NCBI GenBank assembly: GCA_964035545.1
Contig: OZ037767.1
Location: 2,119,680-2,183,679, forward strand
Origin: Bugula neritina
Lineage: Eukaryota > Animalia > Bryozoa
DNA: 64,000 bases
Direction of reading: 5' to 3'
Under the pieces are notes generated by a model, which had not been told where the DNA came from, ran no database searches, and saw nothing but the letters and a program-made list of their open reading frames with translations. Within the stretch, counting starts at the first letter, position 1. Each line of letters begins with the position of its first letter. This document shows positions 53,301 through 64,000 of this stretch, in pieces. The position numbers were made by a program, and so were the translations under genes.

Positions 53301-56300
53301 TCATCATTCAATTTGTAATGGTAGATTCCTTAAAGCTACTAGATCTCTATCAAATGATGTGTTTGTAGGTTCTTTAGAGCTGTTAGATCTCAGTGGTAAC
53401 AACCTGGCAGAAGTAACATCAGTTGATATGAGTGCAGCTAAAAACTTCCGGAAGGTGAATCTGAGTCACAACAAGTTGCAGACTCTTCCCAGCTTACAGT
53501 TGACCAGACTGGCTGATCTGGACATATCTCACAACTCCATCAAGTCTCTACTTCAACAGAGCTTTGAAAGTAAGCAGGTTTTCATTATGTGAAATTGCTA
53601 AACTATGTTATGACTAGCTATCACCTCTAGCACCATTTGCTAAAGATCCTAGTTTTAGTACACAAGAAAGTTTCTCTTTTGAATGTTATATAAATTAAGA
53701 AGACTGTAAGAAAAAACAAGTTTTACTAAAAGTCTAAAGTTCAAATTGACTGTTTAAATGGTTGGTAAATACTTGGCCAATACTGATTACTAGTTTCTAC
53801 TTTCCTTTTTTATAATCCCATTTGTATATTTCTATCTTTTTACATACTTTTGCATTTTGAGATTTCTGGTATGTTTTAAGCTTACTACTTCCACACCTCC
53901 TGTAGAATATGCCATAAAAAAGAACTTTTTTTATTCTCATAGATTCAGAAGACTTGGTGAAAGTAGATGTGAGTCACAATTTGCTAACAACATTTGATTC
54001 AAGTCTCTTCCACAGAAACAATGAGCTGGAGACTCTTGATATGTCTCACAACAACATCGTCGAAATTGTGCCTATAGAATATCTTGAGGTGACTTTAAAA
54101 AACAATGTTTCCAGGATTCTTATTTCAATCACAAAAGAATAAATTAAGTGATCGTGAACTAAACTACAATGTTTAAATTTTCCAATTAAGTTTTTTAGTG
54201 TTGCAATTCTGCACAGATGCATTCTCACTTACTTATCACGAATATTCAAAAAGTGTTTATGCATTTCGATAGTAACATGCATTCTATTAGCTTTTGTTTT
54301 GTGCTTCAAGTTGTTTACTCTTGCATATATCTGGCAGTTTACCAAAAATTTTGATGAATTGTATATATATCACGTTTTGTCTAATTTCTAATCTTGGTAA
54401 ATTTTAGAATCTGAAAGAGCTGGACATTTCACATAATTCAATAGATGACCCTTCGGAGTTGTTCTTCCTGTATGCCCTGACTGAGATACATTTAGGCAGC
54501 AATAGGATCTCCAGACTAGGCAGTAACATGATTCCATCCTTGTCATCTCTGACTCACCTCAACTTGACAGGAAACCTCATCAACTACATCGCATCGTGAG
54601 TAACAGTATTGGTAACTGTTAGTCAGAGTGCTAGTAGTAGTTGGTATTGGTAAAAGTGTTAGTAATAGTTATCATCAGTAAAGGTGCTAGTAATAGCATT
54701 AATAAGAATGCTAGTAACTGTTGGCACTAGTAATAGTTAGTGTTAGTAAAAGTCAGAGAAACATTTGCATCTGGGGATAAATACTGAGTGGCTCTTCAAG
54801 ATCTAATGCTCTAATGCCAAGTCAATTATCCCAGAAAGCTAATCTCCTTTTTGTCTTTTCATTCATCTTTTAGCAAAAAAGGTTAATTGACTGTCATTTG
54901 GGAGTTATCTCCTTTAGAGAGAAAATGCTCAATATAATTCTAGAATGTTTGGAGTTCTATATAGTTTTCATCAAACATAAGTCAATTTTACTGATAGCAG
55001 AAATAATGTTGCCAACAGTTGTGTCTTCATATGCAGTTTGCAATGCTTAGGAACCATTACCTATTGCTGTAATGGAGCGGAAAACTTCAGCAGTTTTGCT
55101 TATATGATTGTAGCAATACATTTAGTGATTGGAACCCGAGAGTGATTGATTTATCATTCAATAGACTGTCAGGGGTAGACGATTGGGGCTTAAGTGTGGT
55201 TACAGAGCTATATCTTCAGTCCAACACCATCTCCTATATTGAGTGAGTGATATACATGTTATATACTTTAAATTATTATACTAGATCACAAAGATTATTA
55301 ACTTTCATGCATCATTGTGCTAAGCTAACACGCAACTGGGTATTTGCCATGGCTACTCTGTTATCCTTTTATAATAGACTTTTATGGGTTTTATGATATC
55401 TTTAAAGGACTGTCAGTGATTCCTTCATATTGTTGATTATTAGTGTTGCAACTAGAAAAGTAATATGAATAAAACGTTTACTTGAAATGGTAGTCACTTT
55501 CATACAATTACAAAAAATTATGGCTTTGCTGATAGTGGTATAAAGTGTATTTTTTTACAACACTTATTTTCAATTTAAAACTTTTCTAGAATCGGAGGGA
55601 TAAGCAAGTTAAATCGACTGGAGGTGTTGAATCTTAACAGTAACAGACTAGAAACACTCCCAAACTCTTTTCTGGAATATCTCACAGATCTCGGCCATCT
55701 TGATTTGTCTAATAACGACCTTGGAGAGTTTCTTGAAGGTGAGACAGCTAAATCGTTCTTGAAATATTTTGAAAAACATTTTATTTGAAGTTAAGTTTGA
55801 AATTTATACTGTGGTACCTAGGTATCTTTCTGTTCAATGTCTACCAACATTTCTTTTACAAAATATATGTTATTATAGGTTATTTACTCCTTTGCTTTGC
55901 ACTAGAATATCTAATACTTGATTTTTCATTTTTAGATCCATTAGTGCCTGGCGTGTTTTCTTCATCTTCTCCTATCAGACTGGAAGAATTGTCGTTAGGC
56001 TCCAACAGTTTGAAGGTCCTCCGCCCTGGCTACTTGTCGAACTTAACTGTCCTTGAACACCTGGACTTGAGTCATAACAAGCTAACTGATGTCAATAGCA
56101 GACAATTCCATGAATTGAATCTGTTGAAAAGTCTGGATATTAGCTACAATGAGCTCTCAGAATTTAATTATACTACTGTTAACTCTTTAGTGAGGTAAGT
56201 GTTAAAGTTCGGTAACTACCTCTAAATAAAATACTGTCTGTTCAACCAAACCTATGTCTCTTATGAATTCCTTCATTATCAGCTATTGATTATCAGTTAT

Positions 56301-57298
56301 CAATTGTTATTAATATGTCTAAGAGGATTCAGTAGTAATGTTTAGGTTTGCATGTGTTTTATCAAAGCATACACGTTTTTAATCACATAGACTTTTGCTA
56401 GTATTCAACTACCCTTCAATTAGCTGTACCTCTTTTATATTTAAGATTTCCCATAATTCCTGCTCTACTATAAAAATGGCGACATAAAAGTGAAGTAACA
56501 TTGTGTCCTTGTTTTGTAGTTTGAAATCTTTAGACTTGTCTGGAATCAGTTGGACATGTGATTGTACCATAGAAGACACTTTGGAGTGGTTGCAAACTAC
56601 TAAGATTAGTCTAATTGGCTACCAGAAGTATGAGTGTGCAGAGCCGAGCTCGAAGAAAAATGTACTTCTGTCGGAGTTGAATCTTGACGGAGAAAAGTGC
56701 AATGTAGAAATAATTATGGAAAAGACAATAATCCTTATAATAATTGGATGTACTTCTTTTGTCATATTAGTTGTGGCAGCAATTGTGTTCTGGCAACATA
56801 GATGGCGGCTAAAAAAGAAGTTGAAGAAACAGCACTACAGGTGCGTGCGTGTGCGCGTGTATTTTATAGCCATTTTATAAAAGCAGAAGTTGGCATTAAT
56901 AATGTTCTACAATTATTTGTTATCCTAGACAATAATTTATTATACTATGCAATCATTTGTTATGTCAGACAATCATTTATTAGGCTAGACAATTATATAT
57001 TATTTATTATGCTAGACAACTATTTATGATTTAAAATTCGTGGCATGATTTGGGCATATTTCTTGTCGAACTCAATGAACACCCAGTTTAGGTCGAGTGC
57101 CCCTAAAGTGATGCTCAATGTTGTAGGGCGATGTATGAAAGGTCACAGATGCCCTTGCCTAACAACAATGACGCAACGACAGTGCAGACGGAATACCACC
57201 CTCACACACATGGCCATCACCACTCTCACATGCATGCTGGTACACCACACAAAACTCTACCACCGTGCAGCGAGCACACCCACCCCGCCTTCATCTAA
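50314..57298 (+). CDS. Single-pass LRR transmembrane receptor (signal peptide, LRRNT, ~20 LRRs, LRRCT, TM, short His-rich tail, no TIR)
   Basis: Exons 50314-50457, 51570-51756, 52077-52264, 52486-52609, 53041-53223, 53369-53569, 53943-54088, 54408-54595, 55114-55242, 55590-55738, 55936-56194, 56520-56840, 57127-57298 (TAA). Signal peptide MGLWKPLIYLCFLGSLAYS; LRRNT CPSSCRC...VDCSNSGLTSVP; repeated LxxLDLSxNxL; LRRCT WTCDC...YECAEP...C; TM IILIIIGCTSFVILVVAAIVF followed by a basic stop-transfer. Confidence 0.9.
56918..57030. repeat. Degenerate intronic repeat with (CT)AGACAA(T/C) core
   Basis: Four copies at ~56925, 56965, 56984 and 57011. Confidence 0.65.
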
Positions 57299-58764
57299 AT
57301 CATTAGGGAAACATTTACTGCCTAGCAATAATTTAGATATCTTCACAAAGGAAGCTAGCAAAGATGGTGCTCTTTCTCTCGGTGGAGAAACGCCGACGTC
57401 TTATATATTGCAGTTATGATGTTGAGGCCCGATGAAACAGTGTAAAGCATGATAGACTGTTTCAGTAACACATTCCAAAGAATTAATGTTACCATATATT
57501 ATCTTGTTATGTAAATTTAGTGCATTTCAGTAGAATTACATCACCGTGTGTTGCATAGGATTGTATTTATTATGATTTGTGTAGCCAGTAGTATCATTAT
57601 TATTTTGTGTAGAGGTCAATCAGCACAATATGGTGGAGATAACTATAATTTTAAGATATTGTTTAAAGTAAAAGCTGCCTACATCATTTTGAATAGTACT
57701 TGAATTGTCTTCCCTATGCGGAGACAATTGTATTGCAAATGGTTTAAGAATCTTATCTTAGCACTATTTGCTCATCGCTCATTACTTGCCTGAATTTATT
57801 TTGTTATTATTTGTTTATATTATTTTGTTTTATTCGATGACTTTGCATTGTACATAGATGTGTATATAACACGAGTTAGTTAGCTCTCTTAGTTATTGTA
57901 AATTATTGAGCTACTGTGAAAATTGACTGACTGCTGAATTATAATAGCCATATTGTTTTGGTATAAAACTACACTAGAAGTGTTTTATTTGTTGAATAAA
58001 ATATGAATTCTCACAAAATACCACACAATTTATAGATAATCTGCTATAGAACAGTGGTAAATTTTCCTGAAATATGAAAAAACAATGCTTTCATCAGCTG
58101 TAGAGTTTAATGCTGGCCTAAAAGTAAGACCTAATGAAAAACATTTCTGTATTAATTTTCTTTAGAAAATGTTAATCAAGCTATTCTGTCTATTATCATT
58201 AAAAAATGATAATAATTTAGAGTTCAAATCGAGTATAGAAAGTTCAAGCAATATGAACTGTTGACAACAGACTGGCGGGTTTCTATTTCATATAAGTGTA
58301 GAGAAAACAGAAGGAAGACCAATAGCTCAAGATATGGTATGAAAGAGCTGAGACTGGGAGGGGGGGGGGGCAAAGATGCGAGGAATTTAAAGATGCAGGA
58401 GAGGCAATTCAATATGACTACCTCGGAAGTTAACAAGAAGAAATGGGAGAAAACAAAAGTAGATAGGCATAGTCAATATAAAATGAACAAGTCTACTATC
58501 AGTATTACAAAAACTCCATTTAATTAGCCTATATTATTACTTGTCTTCCAGAGAAGTGTTTTTATAAGCTTGTACGGCGACAGAGGGTTACTAAAAGTTT
58601 TCAACAATTAAAATTTAACGAGCTATTAACCATCAGTCTTCCAAGATTAAATAGTCTAAAGTGACTCATCTCAAATTTCCGAAGGAGAGAAAATTTGAAG
58701 TTGGCTTTTTGTCCTTTAGGGGAGAAGATTTCACATGGCTAATAGAAAAATCAACACACATAAT

Positions 58765-61700
58765 TCAGTGAAACCTGTATTGTTTGGCTGGTCTAAGGTT
58801 GATGTAGGTTTTCTTCATATCTTCCGAGACTTTAGGTTTGACGTCACTGTATCGTTCTCCTTTAGTCGACACAACCTGCCCGTCTCTATAACGCAACATT
58901 TTCTTGTCCTCCTAAATTTGAAAACAATGTTGGCAGTTACAGCAATGATTAGCCAATCACAGAGCCTGTAGTATCAGAGAGATAGCCTAGTATCCTACAG
59001 CACGTTTGCTTTGAGGCTGTAATGCTTTAAAACAATCCTCCTTGCCTACCTTACCAACACTTTCAAAACCGTGAGGCTAACAAAAAATTAGTTAATTTAT
59101 TTAAGGGTCAATTACATTCACTTTAGACTGAATATTACGGAAGTAAAACAAATTCTATTGTCAATAAATAGTTCATAATAAATTTGAAGGCTACCAAAAA
59201 TATAGCCAAGTTTTGAATTTGTTGGATCTAGCAACCAGGGAAGCATTACTCCAATTATCAGTATAATTATAATGATTTGAGAATTACTAGTAAACTGGCA
59301 CTAGCAACAGGCTTGTGGATAGCTCAGCTGGTCATATTCAACAACTTTCTGCTAAATATGAGAAACCTACGTTAGTTTGGAGCTTGGGTGTGAATGTTTT
59401 CTTTTCTTCGTCAGTGGGAATATATGAGTATCTAAAATATAAACATGCTTAAAATAATTTTAAAAAATAAATAAGAAATCACGATGCATTAAAACAAACA
59501 ATTGATTTTTAATAAAACATATTCTATAAAAGCCACTATTTCTTTAAAAAGAAAGTAATTGGAAACTAGCACATGTATATATGAACAAGTAAATCATTTC
59601 AGTAATAAAAATTTATTTTATGTACCTGATATCATTATCCTGGTAGACAATTTTACTGAATGATAATTAGTGTTTATTTAGCAACAGGCCACATGTAGGG
59701 GGCAGGGTACAGATAATACAGGTGGAGATAATATACATGTGACCAGGTAGAAATACATTATGGACAATACAGGTAGAGGGTGGGATACAAGTGGGAGACA
59801 GGATATAGCAGATCAGGTAGAGGGAAAGACATAAATTCTACATAGGAAATAAAAAGTTAAGAAATTATATAATAATTCATGCACAAGTCTAATCAAATCT
59901 GATTGGCTGCCCGTCACACAAACTCACTTGTCAACAATCAAAGCTCTCACACCGGCAGCTGGCAGCGTTTCTAGCCCATCTTCTGCACTAAAACCATCTT
60001 CATTACTTTGACTGTTGGACTTCTTTCTCGAGCGATTGCTAGATCTTTTAGACTTCATAGATTTCATGGCCGTCAAATCTACCGTGATATTACTGCCTTT
60101 AACTGGCCGGTGCTTTTTATGCGAAGTTAAAACCGTATTTGTAGTTTGACTGTCAGACAAAAGCCATTCAACAGCCTTTTGCATGTCATTACCGTTGCTT
60201 TTCAAACTACTCTCTATATCAGTTACACATTTGCCAGGAAACATCTCTCTCAGCTGGTGTGTTAGCTCCTCTACAGGGTTGCTTATAGTACCACCACAAG
60301 CTAGCAACTGAGTGTCATCCTGCAGCAAATATCTCTCACGGACACCTACTTCTGGCGCTGACAATGAGTCATCATAGCTCTCTGAGTTTGTTCTGCTGCT
60401 GCCGCTGATAGAGACAGCGGAACCGTCACATATAGACCTGAGGCGGGGTCTGTCAGACAGAGTCGGCCAATCATATTCACTGATAGAACTACTTTCAGAC
60501 ACAGTTCGGTACAGAGTAGTATCTGGCATGCTCGAGGGATTACTCATAGAGACCTACCATTGCAGGAAAAATACACACCAGTTAGAGCAGCAACCTTGGA
60601 AACTCACAATTCAGTAACTTGTTATCTATTATCTATTGATGCAATAGTGACCCGCAATGTGACACATTTCAAAAACGTCCCATAAATTAAAACAATGAAA
60701 AGTACAGGATTTGCGCAGCATAAATCTAAACACAAGTTTATAAACAAAATATCAAATAGTAAAACTCACAGCAGGGGCCTCTGCGTGTCCATCACATGCT
60801 GAGCTTCGTCTGCTTCCTTTCGTTCTTCTGCTACGCTTATTCTTCACGCAGGGGACAGATGATGGCACAGGTGAAGGTAGACTTTGAGTTACAGTCTCTG
60901 GAGTTATCAGTCCCTTTAGGAACTCGCTTACCTCTAACCTTCACAAAGATTTACAAAACAAAACAGTCAATGATGTAGTTATTTAAAACAAATAATGTTG
61001 TTTAAAGATCAAATGTACACCTTGGAACTGGTAACTGTCCATGTTATTCTAGAGTAAGAATTGTTTCTATTGAACGTGAATCCCCTCCGACATAGCCGCT
61101 TACAAGAGTTGAATACTGCTTACTGCGGTATACTGGCAAATCCAGGTATATAGGCATCCATAATAGACATAAATTCTTCTAAGTCAATCTCGTCTAATGA
61201 TTCTTCAAGTATTCCGGCTATGTATGAGAAGACAACTTCATCAGCATCTATAATGCTACAAAGATAGTTTGTAATAGTCAGTTTATGATAACGAATTTAC
61301 AGTGATTCAAAGCAAATTCAGTAAAATATTTAAGGTTTTAGATTGTAAAACGTACCAAATTCCAAAATATACTTATTCAATAATGCACATTATTAGACTG
61401 CGTGACTAATATAAATATTATAAAATTTACTCTGGCAAAATAAGATGCTAATAACATAACAATATTAAAAAGCACCCTTATGGTTGTTTCATTATAAAGT
61501 TATCCATAATGCAATCTAGGTTTCTGCTTTTTACTATTAAATTTAAAACAATGAAATCACACAATAAAGTTAATATATAGTTAATATCAAGTGCTAAGCA
61601 AAAAATACCACTCAACTTTAATAACTTTAACTTAACCAACTGCAATTAAAATCGAACCATTTTTCATACATCAACAGAACAGTACTGTTCAGCCTAAAAG

Positions 61701-61820
61701 ATGTATAATTTAGCATCAAAATTACATATGGTAGGTTTCATACATTTAAACTTACCTTATTTTAGAAGTATGCAAGTTTATCAGCTCTGTCATGGCTGAT
61801 CTAATTTTTTCTAGCTCCAT
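58765..61820 (-). CDS. CUEDC2: CUE domain-containing protein 2
   Basis: Minus-strand exons 61820-61756, 61255-61124, 60938-60770, 60553-59928, 59431-59371, 58911-58765 (TGA). N-terminus [10 protein letters not shown]...[14 protein letters not shown]...[19 protein letters not shown] core LREMFP...[21 protein letters not shown] and C-terminus [17 protein letters not shown]...[17 protein letters not shown] closely resemble vertebrate CUEDC2. Confidence 0.95.
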
Positions 61821-62804
61821 TTTAGCAATTTTCAATCCCTTAAAACACAGAATATTCAATTTTGAATAGTACATATAATCACTCATATAAAAATAATTCA
61901 TGAAGCAAGCAATATGATGCTTATTGTTAGTACATTTTGAGATTCACGTCCACTATATTGTTATTATTATTAATATTATTCCGAATAGTCATAGTAATAG
62001 TAATACTAATAGTAACACTAGTAGTAAATGTAATGCTAAGTCCAATACCTAAAATTATACCTAGTCACTATCATAGTGAGAGTTCACATACATGATATCA
62101 ATTATGCAAATGATCTTGTTTATGATACTATTACTTACTCTTAGTGTTGCACCCACAATGTTGTTCAAAACAGAAACACTAATGGTAATATTAATATTAA
62201 TCATTAATCAATGATAATCATAATGCCAACCTACTCTAAGTTTAACTCTAAGGACTAAGAGTAAGTGGCTAAGTTTAAGTGAATTACACTTAGTATTGCT
62301 ATTACTAACTTATACCCATACCAGTAAAATTAAGACTAAATCAAAGTGTAACTTATAACTCATGAGACTAAGACTAAGAGTAAAACTAAGAGTAAGAGTA
62401 TGTCTTGGACTTAAAAAACAGTTAGTCTTATAATAATTATAATCATAACTCTTAGAGTCAGAGCCCTGCGGCCACACCTAGTCCTACTGATATTTATGAT
62501 TATAATAAGTAACCAGAATCACTATGATTATGATACTACCTGATGATGAGTATAACTACAATTAAAACTAAGACTAACTCTAAGAGTAAAGTTAAAAGTA
62601 AATTAAAATACAAGGCACAAGCGTTATAATTTTCATTATTAACTAAATATCAATAATTAGTAACGAAAATTATAGTAATTATCAGTATGATAATTGCAAT
62701 AATTAATTAAAGCATAGCCTAATCATATTAGAAATTAAAATTGTTATTATTTGTTTTCAGTTTTATATTTCAAATTCAAATTGCAAATAATGAAATGAAA
62801 TGGT

Positions 62805-62885
62805 AATAAACGGAAACAACGCAAAAAAGTGTTGAGCGGGATTGCTACAATCTTTTAACAGACGCATGGAACCAATCGTCAATAA
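62805..62885 (-). promoter_or_regulatory. Candidate promoter/TSS region of CUEDC2
   Basis: CpG-enriched patch (CGGAAA, AACGC, GAGCGGG, GACGC, ACCAATCG) about 1 kb upstream of the ATG exon. Confidence 0.4.
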
Positions 62886-64000
62886 TAATAATAATAATAA
62901 TAATTTATATTATTAACATTTTTGCTCAAACCTGTTCGTAAATATAAATAACAAATTACAAAAATATTTAGTCATTTATCATCGTTGATCCTTCTTTGTA
63001 AATATAAGCCTGCAATAATCTTGAGAATTATCTGGAAGAGGATAACTCTAAAAGTATTTTCCATAGTTCTACGCCATTAAAACCTCATAGCAGATTATAA
63101 CAAATTATATTGCAGTTTTAAAACGCTCCCTTATTAATAATTTGGATGCACTCGTGTAACTAAATTATAATTAAAGTTAATTTAAGATACCATGATAGGT
63201 AAGTAATTTAATCAGTAAAAATTAAATAAAATTTGCATTGCAACCACATCAGTTTTTGGCTTTATTAATCAATATTATTTTGACAAGCTATATGGTTTTT
63301 CTATTGCAAGAGCAATCTTTTTTATTCATGTTTGCACATACGGCTAGGCATTAAAATACTAGTAAAAGCTTAAACAAAATTGCACTTCTGTTACATAGTA
63401 TAGATTCCAATGCACATGGTGAATATCTCTTTGCATATATTTTATTCTTGGGTCATGCAATTATTGTAAGAAATATTACAGGCCTGTATCAGTTAGCATA
63501 CAACAAAACCAAGGTTACAGAAAGATATCAATAACTTAAAGCCACGAGAAATGACCAAAAATATAATAATTGCACCCAAAATTACATTGAAATAACCTGT
63601 GGAATTGTGAATATAAAACTAAGGCCTAAAAATTGGTAGACTTGGCTATTATCTCTTTTGTATCAAAAGTATTAAATATTATGTTTTCAACATTATACTA
63701 GTAGTACTACTTTTGACTTTTATTGACTGTAAATGACATTATGGTGTCACATAATACAACACTATCGTGGAGAAAGTTTAATATATATAACAGTATAGGT
63801 AATGCTATGAGTTGCGACATGACTAGCTATATATCCAACCACCCATTGTGTATATGATAATTTTACAAAAGCAAATTGCGAAGGCTCCAGCTGATTTCTC
63901 GTATCAGCACATACTACCCTGAAGCTTTTCATGTTTATGTTAAATTATTTCAACTGAGATACTGAGCCGTGGGATTAATCTCATTGGACAGAGTATAAGT

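Noticed and set aside
57045-57419. 124-aa ORF as the LRR last exon
   Set aside because: Wrong frame; the phase-2 junction 56840/57127 gives the His-rich tail ending at 57298.
59318-59335. tRNA-like TAGCTCAGCTGGT A-box
   Set aside because: No B-box or cloverleaf follows.

Overview
AT-rich eukaryotic DNA with short GT-AG introns, most likely from an invertebrate animal (taxon not determinable here). I reconstructed five intron-containing genes by hand from splice sites and reading-frame phases. (1) The 3' part of an EHMT1/2 (G9a/GLP) H3K9 methyltransferase, + strand, ending at 5855. (2) A glutaredoxin(CAHC)-DEP-DUF547 gene, + 9386..13823. (3) A TAF1C-like RNA polymerase I SL1 subunit, - 24298..14958. 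(4) After a ~25 kb non-coding gap, a single-pass LRR receptor with a TLR-like ectodomain but no TIR domain and a His-rich tail, + 50314..57298. (5) CUEDC2, - 61820..58765. Introns hold three inverted-repeat MITE-like elements and a short insertion with 15-bp flanking repeats; the gap holds long (CA)n and (TA)n tracts. Two unexplained patterns stand out. First, tandem repeats are repeatedly seeded at splice junctions, copying the donor or acceptor up to ~11 times into the intron. Second, ~0.8-1 kb AT-rich domains with a 3/6-bp rhythm sit between a small CpG-rich patch and the first coding exon of three genes. Most entries in the supplied ORF track are exon fragments or spurious. All homology calls rest on recognised motifs, not database searches.
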